A DNA stretch of 63,562 nucleotides, filler included, from Lenisia limosa (GCA_001655205.1; 13 parts of 13 records of this genome joined end to end with filler, not necessarily neighbours in it), one strand, 5' to 3'. Counted from the first letter of the whole stretch, positions 25,247-39,005 are shown. The notes: generated from the letters alone by a model not told the origin. Translations and numbers: made by a program.

Positions 25247-26125
25247 AACTGAGGGAGCATGCTGTGAAAAGGCGGTTGCGCATTTGGTCAAGTCTGGCGT
25301 CAAGGCGTCTCAGGTGGGGGGGTCGTATTCCACCAGAAGTTATATAATTTTGTTGTACTAGTTATTTTCTAGTTCCTTTCTTATTTTTCTCTGTACAGAA
25401 TGTATATTATTTGTATTGTTCTTCCTCAATTAATTGACACATTTACCTTGTTCTCAAAAATTGATATGATGGAGATCTTGTGGTTCTGAATAATTCGGCC
25501 AATTTTTTTCGGAACCATCTCGATTTACCTCTTAGATTGGAGTGATCACCCCGTACGAAGGACAAAGAGCACATGTCACCGCTCTTCTCCAAAGATCATC
25601 ATCACTGACAATGGATGTGAGAGGGCAAGAAAAAATGGATTCTAAAAATCAAGGGATGCAGAAATGGGATTTTTTATACAGAGGGATTCGTGGTAAATAG
25701 TATAAGATATGATACTGTACACGAAATCACTTAGTACATGTGAGGGAGCCAAGGCTTATTCTTTACCTGATGTCTCCAGATGCTATCCGATCTCGAAGTG
25801 GCGTCAGTGGATTCCTTCCAAGGTCGTGAAAAGGTTAGTTCTTCCCCATTACACTTACGGTGAAGCAGTACTCATGTGAAAGTGACCTTTTGCTTTCACG
25901 ACGCTCCCCCACCCCACCCCTACCTTGCGTTTACTCACCCAATTTTAGCATACTGAAAATATAGAACGTAAATTATAGNNNNNNNNNNNNNNNNNNNNNN
26001 NNNNNNNNNNNNNNNNNNNNNNNNNNNNNNNNNNNNNNNNNNNNNNNNNNNGCTTCATTATCCAGGACTACATTATTCTGTCTTGTGTCAGAGCAAGTGC
26101 TACTGCCGGAATCGGTTTCCTGAAG
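25247..26125 (+). CDS. UPF1: UPF1 RNA helicase (NMD), C-terminal helicase-domain exons only
   Basis: Four exons join in frame: TEGACCEKAVAHLVKSGVKASQ/IGVITPYEGQRAHVTALLQRSSSLTMD/MLSDLEVASVDSFQGREK/DYIILSCVRASATAGIGFLK. Confidence 0.88.
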
Positions 26126-26601
26126 GTTTGCCCCCCCCCCCCTCCCCATATGTGAAGGAGCAAATACAAGTTTATATTGAACCCGTGAACATCCGTTTGC
26201 CAATTCCTGTTCTATCCCTACCTCCGCATTTTTTGTTTTGTTTTGTTTTTTTGTTGCTGCTGTCATTATACATGTATGATAAGATATCATACATGTATTT
26301 CTTTCGTGTCATTATTCTCTGTCATTTACCTCTCCCCCCCCCCNNNNNNNNNNNNNNNNNNNNNNNNNNNNNNNNNNNNNNNNNNNNTTAATTAATTAAN
26401 NNNNNNNNNNNNNNNNNNNNNNNNNNNNNNNNNNNNNNNNNNNTTCCTTTCCTTTCATAAAACTGTAAAAAACTACAATAAAACAGCTAATACAACCTAA
26501 ACAACCTAAGATTAAGATACACTCAGATCATATCATTTGGTGCATCATGTGTACATAATTATGTCAAGAGCACACCCCTTTTTAAGAAAACCGTCGGCGG
26601 T

Positions 26602-29600
26602 ATGAAACATCTTGGAAAAGTAACGTTTTTTAGAACACAGTGTCTAATCTTGAGACTTGCTGTGATGCTGGCTTCTTGGTGCTTCAAGAGATTGGCCCAA
26701 CTCGCTTTGTTGTTATGGTTTGTGAAGGGAATATTTAATGATAAACACTTGAATTATTATTGTACAAATAAAGAAACTCACGTGTTGGGGTTCATCCGTG
26801 TTACTTACCCTGTTCATCTCTCCATTTTATTATTCCTTAGCAACCAAACCCAAAGAAGAAGTTCACTGTATCAATAGGGGCCACTCACTCATGCTCCTGC
26901 GGAGGAGCGAGCGACTNNNNNNNNNNNNNNNNNNNNNNNNNNNNNNNNNNNNNNNNNNNNNNNNNNNNNNNNNNNNNNNNNNNNNNNNNNNNNNNNNNNN
27001 NNNNNNNNNNNNNNNNNNNNNNNNNNNNNNNNNNNNNNNNNCCCATTGCTGACTTAATAGTTGTTTGTGTTTCTCCGTGTTTTCCGCCTACCTTCTTCCA
27101 GCGACCTTGTTTGGCAAACGGCCTTGGTCGAAAGAGAATTGGATGACGTTGTTTCGTTCCGAGCGGCCCGTTCCCATGCGGTGCGTGTGAGTTCCAAGTG
27201 TTTTTCATCGCTTATGAAATCTGTCAACAACTAAGTGTAATGTGACGAGAATGTTGTGGAAGTTGCCAATGTTACGCATGAGTAAAACTTTTACATGTTG
27301 TGCTGCCATCGATCTGTCATCGATAAATAATATGTTTAGGTCGCACGGGAACGAAAACCTTTTAAACCCCAACAGCCTTCCTCAAGTTCAGCAAACCCAG
27401 CAGTGGAAATGCGTGTAATTGAAGATGACATGATTTGGTGGGTTTCATTAATTATGTTGAAGAAACAATCAGATAATTTACATCTTAGTCCAATTTGTCA
27501 AGACGAGTTCGACAGCGACTCAGACGATATTGTTTTTTGTGCCAGTCAGTGCGGAAACCCGGTACATAGATCATGCATGCAGGTTTGAGGATGTAATACA
27601 TGTCCAAACAGCACCCTATTTTTGGCTGTTATTACCGCGTCATCAGATCCACCCGTGTGATAATTGGCTAACAAGTCTCATTGATACTCTGATACACTCG
27701 GGATGATATAACTGTCTAGCATTGGGCGGACCACAGAAGGTCGTCGGGAGAAGTCGTCAAGTGTCCACTCTGCAATTCCAACTGGGCTGCAATGGAGGAA
27801 CTTCTTGCATCAAAGCCTGAAGCAAAAAGTGAGGAATGTTAACTTTTATTTTGTCTTGGTGCTAATAACATGAAGGTTTTGATTATTACGATTATTATAG
27901 TATATCATTATCATATCGTCATGACTCTATGGTATTGTGTAGTTTTCATCAACAATTAAAGGTAAAACCTAAATTCGGAACATGAATAATTCATTAGGCT
28001 GATACATAATTTTATAAACGTAAGATAATATAACCGGATAAACATGTTACTCCTTGCTGCTACCAACATGCAAGATGTGTGACTTGACTGGAGAATATCA
28101 AGAGTTTCAAGTAAACCTCCTTTTCGCCAAAATGGCAATTCTCACTAATGTCTAAGGCATAGGCCAGCAGATACCCTTGTTTTATTCTCAACCATTTAGT
28201 TTTTCACCGTGGGATACGTTGCAAAGGTTGCTTGGACTTGCCACTAACTGGTGCTCGATTCAGGTAGGTGCCTTTGTAGAGGATTCTCTATGACCTCTCA
28301 GGTGTGCTATCTGTCCATCTTTCAACCTTTGTAACACTTGCTTTGTTTCTGTGCGACATGATAAAGGCCACCCATTCACCGTGCTTCTGACACCTCATGG
28401 CAAATGGAGACGACTTGAAGAAGGTTGGACTGGCCTCCATAAAATTCAATTATTTGAGTATAAATGTCAAAATAAAAAAGTATGTGATTTAGTATTACCA
28501 TGTAGATGTTTCCAGACCCATATTCTCCCCCGAAAGAATAGCTGACCTTCAGGTTAGCTAATATCATTTGGCGCAATATTGAGAGAGTATCTTTTTTGGG
28601 CCACTTTCTTGACATTCAGACTAGAGATTTTGGCCCTGAAGATTACGAAACTTTGCTCTCTTTTGACACCCCCACCGCGACCCCCACGCTATTAGCCCAT
28701 TTGAATGAACTGACTCTGGTGGAGTTGGAGCAGCAAAAGAGGAAAAAAAGAAAAAGACAAGCAAAACTGATCCCTTTGGAACAAGGTAAACTGGAGAAGG
28801 ATGGTATTTTGACGTTGTAATCATTTTAGTTCCTCATTCTTATGATGGCACAATGGGAATTCGTTCAGATATGGTCGGATTAGTTGGATCCAGCTCTCAA
28901 CAAAGTCAGAGGGGTGGCCATTTCTTCCTTCATTCAATATTTCTTACAGAATCAAGGAAACCCAATTTTAGATTCTGTTGTGCCGTCAACCCGGACAAGT
29001 ATCGCACCAAGCCATAGTGCACCCCCACGAAGCCAAAAACTACTAAGACCATCTCTTTCTGTCGGATCGCTCAGGCGTGGTTCAAGCCCTTCCGTGACAT
29101 CAACACCAACTTTACTACATGCTGGTTCGAAGGAGTTTCTATGAGTATTTATTTCATATTACGAAATAAGTATCATTTGAAATGATTTCACGATATCATA
29201 TTTCCAGAATAATAAAGTTAGTAAAAATATCACAGTGTCTTGTTTGTCTAAATCTGATATAATGCCTATCATGGTATGATATACTAATATGTAATCTATC
29301 ATATGGGTAATAATAAACGCTCTTGTTTGATAATATAGCATATCGATCTCTAGCTTAATGTTGTCACATGTTCAGGGCGACACGTGACCCCCCACGATCG
29401 ACAGCGGTCAAAAGAAGTCGACAGACACTTAGTAGCCCCTCACCCAAGAGGATCGTCACGCTGCCGCCAGCCGTTGGCAGCATTGTCGCGAATGAAACCT
29501 ACTAACCGTGGCACCCCGGAACTCAGTGCTGTTGGTGCGTCCAAACCACTACGTTGCGCAACAACCCTTTCAAGTCAGAAAGTCACCAAGAAGGCTGATG

Positions 29601-29746
29601 GTGCCAGTGCCAGTCAAAAAACTGAAGAGTCAACCTGCCTCATTGGGAAGGATGTCACACCAGCCTTCCAAATAGGGAAACTAAGTGAACGAAAAGCTGC
29701 TTCAGGTAGACTGGTTCGAGGAAGACTAAAGGGCGAACCCAAATGA
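26602..29746 (+). CDS. ZSWIM2: ZSWIM2/MEX-like E3 ligase (SWIM + RING + ZZ zinc fingers)
   Basis: FLVLQEIGPTRFVV / KFTVSIGATHSCSC / LFVFLRVFRLPSSSDLVWQTALVERELDD / CPICQDEF...CASQCGNPVHRSCMQHWADH...VKCPLCNSNW / HRGIRCKGC..PLTGARFRCAICPSFNLCNTCF...GKWRRLE / RDFGPEDYETLLSFD. Confidence 0.8.
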
Positions 29747-30103
29747 AGAACTGAAAAGAATACACAAAGACCGCTTTCATCAAGAGTAAATTGTATTAGA
29801 ACTGCTTGTTACTCAGAGACCTCGTTTTTATTGTCTTGCACCTTCTGTTTTTTGTTATCTTGATATCCTCTAAAAGTGAAAGAAGCATGAAGAAAAAGAT
29901 GGGAATTACACACAGTCTTACTATCAGTGCTCAAACATCAAACCAAAAGTGGAGATATGTGAGTATCCTAATACTGAGCCTCAGTAAGACATGAGCTTCA
30001 TTATATCATTACATCTCGATAGGTGCGGGTAGGCTCACCAATAGGAGATGGGCAGGAAATGGTTGTGTTTATTAAGCCCAATCTCACCAGCTCGATGCTG
30101 AAT

Positions 30104-32712
30104 TCACTTTGATGCAAGGAACATGAGATTTCGTGGAGAAATGGATGGGTCAAAAACTGGTATCACCTCATGGTCAATCTTTTGCTCATTGAGGAATAGT
30201 GATCTGTATGAATGAGAAAAAAGAGCAACGCAAAGCCTCGATTCCCCTTCGGAGGCAATACCTGTCTTTTAAAATGAAAAGCTCCATGAATGGGGCGATA
30301 GCTTGTCGCAAAGCAGTGAGAATAAAGAAACGTGGTCGCCATTCCTTTCGAAGTATGAAATAAAAAAAAGCTCAACATTAATGTCTCACCTCTTTTAAGG
30401 AAAGGTACTTATCAAAATTTGTCGGGAAAGGAATATTAACTCGTTTACAGGCCACAGAAAAGTATCTAAAGGTTGTGAGTGCATCTCATTTGTCCACTGA
30501 GTGTAATAAAACCTACTGCTGAAGAGACGTTGAGGCATTAGGGTTTATTCTGCCAATAATAGCTTCAGTCAGGTTCAGAGAGTCTAGGTACGCCTAAATA
30601 AAGGAAGTGGGGACAATAGAAGGTATTAATTGGCAAAATAAAATAAAATATATGACTTATCACTTCAGTAGTTTATGATTTGTCACATATATATATAGTA
30701 TATTATATATCATAAGGTAAAACATATCATATATGATATAGTATACTATATTACATATATCATCTAATAGTAGTATATCATATGTATACTAGTAAAAACA
30801 ATGTAAAAATAATTTCTCACACAATAATACCTGAAAGACAACTCGGTGAAACAAATGGTCGGTTTGAGCCTCGAACTCTTCCAATGTCTGTATTGGCTAC
30901 ATAATTAGAGTGGTAATCGCTGGAGCTGTTGTGTTTCAGCAAAATACTATTAGACCAACCTTTCCATTTAGCAAGAGGGAATACGACGGGGGTTTACAAG
31001 CAAGCGTCAAGGCAGCATGATCGCATAGAAGTTTACAAGTTTGCTGAACTGCAGGCGAGGGATTTGACTTGGCAAACGACGAGAGTGGAAACCCTCAACA
31101 GTCAAAAAAACAACCCTCAATGTACTATGACAACACTCCTACCATGCGAAGTGAGAAGATTATAGCAGCACCCAACAGACGCCAATGAAGAGCAACTCGA
31201 GCTAACAAATGACTAAAATGTGAATCCATACAAGTGTATCATAGAAATTGTGTTAGCTTACCTTTTTGGTTGTTACAGCCAAGTCACCACATGTATGAAG
31301 GCCAATTAACATCCATTTTTCTGAAATATGAAAATAAGAGTCCATATAATCTTCAAAAGTAATTGGTATAAAATACGTAAAGACTCAAACCCACCATTGT
31401 CTTTGAGGTTTGCTTCGTTGACTAGAACTGATGTCAGAGAGTCATCATCCGGATTGAGCTGATAAGTGATGTGAATTGGCGGCTTCGAATCTGAAAAGTG
31501 ATGGGAATCAAACTGACATACGCTCAGCCTTCCTTGCTGCCCACCGCTGCTGAGCTCTAAGGGTTTGCTACGCCTGTTAAGAATGGGAGAGTTGCGAACT
31601 GTATTTTCACAAAATGAAGAAACCACCAACATGATGGTCATTGTCAATACCAATAACTTGACAATGAGTGTTCAAAGCTAAAGCGTGGGAGAGATAGCCC
31701 TGGCCGGAACCTGTGATAGTATGAGAGAATGATAGCCCACATTCTACAGGTCTAGGAAAGGAGATAGACTGCTTCACTGATCCTTCTTTTCTATTTCTAA
31801 ACGATTCACAAACCAAGGTCAATGATAGTCTTTGTATCTTTCTTGGCAACTATCTCGGAAATTGTTGCTGTCATCTCAAGAATCTAACGGATACTTAGAA
31901 ATGACACTGACTTATGACCGTGCTTTTAAAATAAATGATAAAGTTATCATCAAATCAATGGAAAACACGAGGATGGCAAAGGTAGGGAGGAAAAGGAGAA
32001 TCCTTCTAAGAACAAGACCATTTACCCCCCCCCCGCACCTCTCTAACTCTCCCGGCTCAAACATATGGAGAACAACTCAATATATGGCTACGAATGTCTC
32101 AAAATATAAATAACAAATAGGGCAAGACCATGCTAAAATTTATACGTGAATAGAAGTCTATCGATATGTGTTGTTTTTGTATTGCGATACATCAAAAATG
32201 CCAAACCTCATGTCTCTTCTTTGCTTTGACTCTTTTCCCATCGAGAACGCTTGTGTCAAGATGGTGAAAAGTTTCTTTCTGCCGACTGACAGTCAGTGAT
32301 TGTGCAGCATCAACAAAGTTTCGAATATGAGGACTACAACAATCATCTTCCTACACAAGTTACACCTCATCAACAATGACAAAAAATAAACAGATACACA
32401 AAAACAAACTTGCTTACATTTATGATTAGATGGGACAAGTGAAAGGCATGACTTGCTAAACTGTCAAAAAGAAAGAATTCTTACTTATACTGTTTTCATT
32501 TTGAGGCATATAGGGAGAGCAGAGAATCTCAATGTCGCTGTCATGAAACATTTTGACGAGGTGCTTTCTGAAACGTGAAGGCTGAAAGTGGGGAAAGTCT
32601 ACACGCTATTTTTTGACCATATGTAATAAAACCAACCAACCAACCTCCATATCCAAGAATATTGGGAAAGGAAATGTGCAAGAGCAGAGAAATCTAGGCT
32701 CTTGAGCCTCAT
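30104..32712 (-). CDS. METTL25: METTL25/RRNAD1-family SAM-dependent methyltransferase
   Basis: LAHFLSQYSWIW / KRHEV / IIDLGSGQGYLSHALALNTHCQVIGID / LIGLHTCGDLA / SVGCCYNLL / LRQAIAPFMELFILKDR / DPSISPRNLMFLASK*. Confidence 0.85.
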
Positions 32713-32899
32713 TGAAAGATCCCAACAAGTTTTACACAACAGCAATAGAGAGAGGATTGAGAGGGAGAGCGAGAGACAGAGAGCCTGACAAAATATATAC
32801 TAATATCGTAAAAATATTTTTTGAACTGAACTACTGTCATCCATTTTTCTTTTTACTAAAATTTTTTAATTACGTTCCTCTTTTCCTCCCCTGGTAATC

Positions 32900-33796
32900 A
32901 TGGTACGTAACCCTGAACTCATCCCTGGAGTGACCCGTTTCTCTCGCTCTGCTGCCTTCCACCGCAAGGGTTCTTACCTTGTTAAGAAGAAGGTCCAGAC
33001 TCCTGTGAGTTGGGAGTCAGTTATAAGCTCATTTATCATATTTAATTGAATTGGGTCACTTTGTTATTTTTTTTCTGATTTTGCTGATTCTATTTAAGAA
33101 GGCCGAGAAGAAGGCTGTTGTCAAGACCGACAAGAAGGTTAAGAAGGTCCCCGGCAACGACATCAAGCGCAAGATCAAGTCTCGCCGTACTCTCCACCCC
33201 GCTAAGGTTAGTGAGAGCTTCTGTGTGATAAAAGAAGAGTATTTGGTCCTTATTATTTTAGGTTCGTGATGAGTTCACTGCTGGTCGCGTTGTGATCCTC
33301 CTCGCTGGTCGCCATCGTGGACGCCGTGTTGTTGTCCTCAAGGCTCTCAAGTCTGGACTCCTCATGATCACTGGTAGGTATTTGAAGTTTTTTTCTTCTC
33401 TTTTTTCTTTTCTGAATTAGAATTGGGCTAAAGTTCTGTATTATTATATTTTTACCCCGAATAGGCCCCTACAAGGTCAACGGTGTTCCCCTCCGTCGTG
33501 TCAACCAGAAGGCTTGCATCGCTACCTCTACTAAGCTCGACATTGAGGTCGACGTTGAGAAGTTCAACGACGAGTATTTCAAGAAGACTAACAACACCAT
33601 GAAGAAGGGCGAGAAGGCTTTCTTCAACCCTGAGGCTGAGAAGGCTAAGATCCCCGAGGCTCGCATCGCTGATCAGAAGACCATCGACACCGCCGTCATC
33701 AAGGCTGTCAAGAAGGCTGACCCTCTTATGGCTAAGTACCTTGCCGTTCCTTTCACCCTTAAGAACGGTGAATACCCTCACATGATGAAGTTCTAA
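32900..33796 (+). CDS. RPL6: 60S ribosomal protein eL6 (4 exons)
   Basis: [17 protein letters not shown]...[45 protein letters not shown]...[19 protein letters not shown]; strongly biased codon usage. Confidence 0.97.
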
Positions 33797-34198
33797 CTTC
33801 TTACCAATACACTTCAACCAGGGACAATTTTGCGGTTTCATATGTATTTTTTGGCTTTGTGAATATATATCATAGTATTGTGGCATCCTGATGGTAATGG
33901 GGCTCTCTTAATTTATACTGTTACAAAATGATTCTCTCTGGCGAGTCATTGGCTTTCTTTCCTCTACCAGAACTCCACTGAAACACAACCCTCTCTGAAT
34001 ATGTATTAGTTGTCCTGTTGTCGCTACTACAGGAAGAGTACAACCTGAGTTTTGACATACTCCATATGCTACATGATGTCATCTATAATTATAACTATTA
34101 CAAATCTGAAAGAAAATATATCTCTAAGCATATTGCTTAGATTTGTCCCTTGCATAAAGTGTTTTTACGAAAAATTATATCAAACCAACTTGTTTCAA

Positions 34199-35690
34199 TT
34201 AGTTATTAGGGTTCTGAAGGGCAGCCTTGAAGGTTAAAAACCGAAAGACACCAACAAAAATAAAGCGGGGAGGGCAGTGATTGAAACCACCCACAAGCAA
34301 CCAAATATCATGGAATCTATCATTCCCTCTTACCAATCTTGCAGCAAGGTCATCAGTGCCAGCTGCTTCAGTCTGAGCAGGTACAGCACTAATGATGGTG
34401 AGGAAAACCTACCAATTTATTATTGTTGTCATATATGAAGGGAAACAGGATTTGAGAGCTAATCACCTTGCGGGCATTGCATTGTTAAACTGCATCGAAA
34501 CTTCCAGCCCATGAGTGTCTGCAACTTTTTGGATCAAGGAGTCAACCTCCGACTGAGGGGTGGTGGTGGCGGTGGTTTGGTTAATGGCCTAGAAATAAAT
34601 GGATACAGAATAAACCAACACTCTCAACATATTCCGACTGGACATCAAGGTCTTCAAACTGCTTTTCAAAGTTGTCCATCACTCCAGAAATCTATACTGT
34701 AAACTTCAGACAAAAGGTAACATTTCTCTCATCAATATTTGGAGAATTATTTTAGAGTAACTCTTAAGTTTTTTTGAAAAACAACAAGATGGATTCTCGA
34801 ACAGAAATTCAATGTTAGTAAAGACTTTAAAAATGAAGAGATAATAAAAAGGTCTTTCCAGCCGTATACCACATTGTTTTAACCTGCAATGCAAAGAAGC
34901 AATTAATTTTGTTATCTTGTTGTGTTAATTTACATATGTACCCCCAATTCTTCTTAATATGCTGCAAAATGAATAAATGCATATTGTTCATAAAACAATA
35001 ACATGCCCCCCCCCCCNNNNNNNNNNNNNNNNNNNNNNNNNNNNNNNNNNNNNNNNNNNNNNNNNNNNNNNNNNNCAAAAGAAGATATCAATTACTCTAA
35101 CCTTTCTCGTATTACTCAAACGTAATGAAATCAAGAGCCCATTCAAACCTGTTCTAAGTTCATTGAGGCCATAGCGCGTTCCATCTGCTTGGAAATCACT
35201 GCCATACCCTGAACAATTAACAATTTACCTGCTTGCCACAGCTGTCCAATCATCAAATTGCAAGGGAGAAATGGTAAATATAAACATTAATATGTATTAT
35301 ATAAACAATAAATAACAAAAGTGTAAAGGGCAGACCTTTGTGACTTGGCGCATACGAATAGCAGACTCAACTCGTGAAGCAACAGCATCCACCCGAGAAG
35401 AAAGGCGCAGATAATTGAGGGCCTTTAAAGTCACTCAACATCTCATCAAACTTGATTTTTCTGACGAATTGCATTTTGGCCGTAAATGCGAGCACCGTCC
35501 ATATTTCCCTTCTCAATTGCCTTCTTCAGCTTGTCCAGTTCTTTTTTTTCATCCTGAAGGTGAACAACTCTGACAAATTGTGTTTACCTTTTCGCATTTC
35601 TTTGAAGCCTTTGTGAGTTGCTTCGCAGTAAATTTAAGGTTAAAAAGATTATCTGCGATATCAAATAAATGGATACCACAAACTTTCCAT
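34199..35690 (-). CDS. CHMP1: ESCRT-III subunit CHMP1/DID2 (about 9 exons)
   Basis: [24 protein letters not shown] / [25 protein letters not shown] / [21 protein letters not shown] / [15 protein letters not shown] / [21 protein letters not shown] / [15 protein letters not shown]. Confidence 0.93.
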
Positions 35691-36031
35691 AGTGTTGTCT
35701 CAATTGCGCTTTGTTGTTGTTTACTCCCCTGCGCTGTGGTAATGTTAATTTGATGTTTTGGAATTGCTTTTTTTGATTTTTATATGTGCGGGCATGCCGA
35801 GCGCCAACGCCAACAGAAGCCCTGGGGGCCAAGCAAATATAACACAGATCACAAAGATGAAACACAAAAAAAAACAAGATAAAAACAGCTAAAAAAACTC
35901 GATACACCTCAATAAACAAAAGAGAGAACTCTTACCTAGGCGTATATCAAGCAAACCACCTCCTAGATCCAACCAAGCTCAAAAAATGGCAGATGGCAAC
36001 AAAAGTTACATCATTTCAAAAGAACCAAGGC

Positions 36032-36676
36032 TTAGTTGCGGCGAGGGCGGCGTTGGGCGGTAGTCCATTGTTCAACCTCCTCAGTAACAATGCCCTCGCT
36101 TTGGAGCTTGAGCTCCTCCAACATAGCAGAGGTCTCGGCATCAACCTTCAAGGTGATAAAGCAGAAGTCGAGAAATGATCTAGCACATACGGACAATAAA
36201 ACAAATACTGAAAATTCAAACTATTCAAAAAAAACACTATCCACGGCATACAGGGACGGAAACGGTGTTGATGCAAGACTGATCTGGAACGTAGTTATCG
36301 CGGCGTTCGCGCTCCTCCTCTTGAAGCTTCACAGAGATACCACGGATGGGGCCCTTCTGCATGCGAGCCATGAGATGGGTGACATATCCGGCAATCTTGT
36401 TTCTAAAATCTGTGAATTCCCTCCTATCTTCAAAAAACAAAAGAATACTCAATAATCGAACAAGGGTGGCAGAGGAAATATCGAGGAACAAACCTGAGAC
36501 GCTTGGAGGGGATATCAGCAACTTCCTCGCAGATACGCTTGTTGGTATCAAAATCGAGGGTGAGCTTGGGGTAGTACTTCTCGATGACGAGCTTAGCACT
36601 TTTCTTCACGGTCTTGGTTCTAACGCGACCCTAAAGTATTGTTAGGGACATTCAATATAAAATAACAACATACCAT
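36032..36676 (-). CDS. RPS17: 40S ribosomal protein eS17 (first coding exon is ATG only)
   Basis: [86 protein letters not shown]. Confidence 0.97.
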
Positions 36677-36734
36677 TTTGTTATATGTGTCTAAAAGGGT
36701 AGATCAAGTCCAAAGAAAGAAAATAAAAGGAAAA

Positions 36735-36768
36735 TGAACTGAACTGTACTTGAAATCAGTTCAGTTCA
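36735..36768. promoter_or_regulatory. Perfect 12-bp inverted repeat in the RPS17 divergent promoter
   Basis: TGAACTGAACTG-(10 nt)-CAGTTCAGTTCA between RPS17 ATG (36676) and a + strand ATG (36879). Confidence 0.5.
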
Positions 36769-36878
36769 TAGTACGAAATTAGAAATTAACTGTGTCTTTC
36801 GTTTTTTCACAAATGAAAAAAGAGTCATACATAATTTTCTAATTTCTTTAATACAGCTTCAAATATCAAAATATCAAA

Positions 36879-37685
36879 ATGACGGAGATAGCTCCTATTG
36901 CGATTCCTAATGTTGTTACTGCAAGTAGTCTCGCACTAGAAGAGGAGATGGTGATTCCAATGCTTAATCTTCCTCCTCTTGCCAATATACTGCCCCCTGA
37001 TAGCAATGAATCAATGCAGACTAAAATATTTCGAATTGAAAGAGCAATTGAAGAGCTTCCTGCCGAATCTGCTGCTGTCAAATCAATTTTATCACAGATT
37101 GTTTCTGTTATCTCAGATTTTAAAAGGGAAACAGAGCAACCACCGCTCACTATCCAAGGAGTTAATGTATGCTTCGATATTTTTCGTTTATGCTTGAATT
37201 AACGACTCTCTGCAGGCCCTGTCATGTTGTATATGATATTTATGATTAGTGATAATCCTTAATAGCCTTCTCTTCTGTTATTTTTCCATTTCTTTTCTAT
37301 CTCTTCAGAATGCCATTGATGAAGTCTGCGAAACCTCAATTTTACAATTCACCTGGTTATCAACTGCCGACAGAAAGCAAATATTTGAACGAAGACAAAC
37401 AGATTACAAATATGATACGGTTTGAGTGTTTCACAAAGTACTCATATTATAGCATCGAATGAGTATTCTCTTAAGACTGAAGCAAATGAATACTGTTTTC
37501 CGTGACGGTTTACCTGAGACCTTTCTACAGTTTTTGTATGAACTCAAGGTGGGGGTAGTTGGATGAAGGTTTCAGAAAATTGCTGACATTATATTTATAC
37601 CGACACTCTAATTGGTTATTTAGACAATTATTCCTGAAAACTGGACTCCTTCACCTCAAGCCATTGAACGTTATGAATTTTTTGT
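36879..37685 (+). CDS. Hypothetical protein
   Basis: 107-aa ORF MTEIAPIAIPNVV... then spliceable exons NAIDEVCETSILQFTWLSTADRKQIFERRQ and TIIPENWTPSPQAIERYEFF. Confidence 0.45.
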
Positions 37686-38032
37686 AAGACCAATATCCAT
37701 TTACCTTTTTAGAGGGCCTGCCATATCATGTGTATGGCTGTTCATGATATTGAGTGGTCAGTGTTCATTCTTTGGCGTTTAGCTGGGAAAGCAGCGATTG
37801 GCACAATCCGACACCATATGGATTTAACAAAAGAGTAGGTGATTCGTTTTTTCATATGATATGCCATATAATATATATATCATATCATATATCACACCGT
37901 CCATATATCTGTGAATTTTCCTCTATCTGTGANNNNNNNNNNNNNNNNNNNNNNNNNNNNNNNNNNNNNNNNNNNNTTAATTAATTAANNNNNNNNNNNN
38001 NNNNNNNNNNNNNNNNNNNNNNNNNNNNNNNN

Positions 38033-39005
38033 TTTCTTGAAGACGTTCTTGGCCATGAAGAAGTACCTTACATGGTAGGTCGGATTGCGGAGGACGGTGG
38101 TAAGGAGGCCTGGGGAAGGGAACGAGGTAAAATTGGAAAAAAATTTAAACAAAAAAGACCAAAGTCAACCCTATTGGCTAAATATTTAAGAGCTTGTAGC
38201 GTGGGCGCGAGAGTATGGCAATTTGTTTCTGGTCTTTATTAGTTTCCTTAGATTTATAGAAATTAATTTATGTGAGTACTATTTCTCGTTTCAAAAAAAA
38301 CCAAGAACACAGGAACTCCTTTTTCCTTTCCAGTCTTGGGGAATGAAGAGAGGGTAAAAAATGAAGGGGGGAAAGTGGGCAAATGATTGGGTGAATTAAT
38401 ATTATACTATAATCCAGTATCTCTTATCAGAGTGATTGTGTGGACGGCTTCGGTCAGATATATCCTTATTTCTCATTTCTCATTGCTATGTATTAATTTG
38501 CTTCATATTTATCATATTATTTCCCATTTCAAAAAACAAACCGAAACCAACCTGCAGCAGCGCAAACCGTCCGGTGGTGTTCGGGGGTGGGTGGGGCTGG
38601 GAGGTGAGCCAAGGGGGTAAGGTAAGGCAATTCCAAGGACAATATAAAAGCAACATCAAATGCACTACGGTGCATCGACTTGGGAGTCTTGTGAAAACGT
38701 TAGAATTCCCAAATTTTGCATTCCCATGGATTTTATGGTAATTTGAAGAAATTTATGTGATTCCTTTGAGAATACAAGGGAATCCCAAGTCGATGCGCAG
38801 CAGTGTAGTAATAATCACAACCACCACCAACAATATCCCGTATCTACCCATAAGAACAATATCAAATAGTAAATGAATAATAACAACCACTCACAAGGAA
38901 GGGAGAGGGCGGCAACGAGGGTGTCCGCGAAGACGTTGAAGAACACGCTGAGAAGATTCTGGCTGTCCTCGGAGTTGTCCTCAATTTCGAAAATCGATCT
39001 GAGGG
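38033..39005 (-). CDS. Internal fragment of a hypothetical gene
   Basis: Exons SIFEIEDNSEDSQNLLSVFFNVFADTLVAALSLP, PNTTGRFALLQ, LLTTVLRNPTYHVRYFFMAKNVFKK with C-rich acceptors. Confidence 0.4.

Noticed and set aside
25200-25620. Minus-strand frames (RLDARLDQMRNRLF..., DDDLWRRA) suggesting an F-box gene
   Set aside because: The same bases encode unambiguous UPF1 exons on the plus strand
33452-33886. Antisense ORFs over RPL6 (and 36036-36645 over RPS17)
   Set aside because: Shadow ORFs from biased codon usage of highly expressed genes
11843-35690. Apparent clustering of two ESCRT-III genes (CHMP3, CHMP1), and of CEP41 with ZSWIM2
   Set aside because: They lie on different scaffolds separated by artificial spacers; linkage is unsupported
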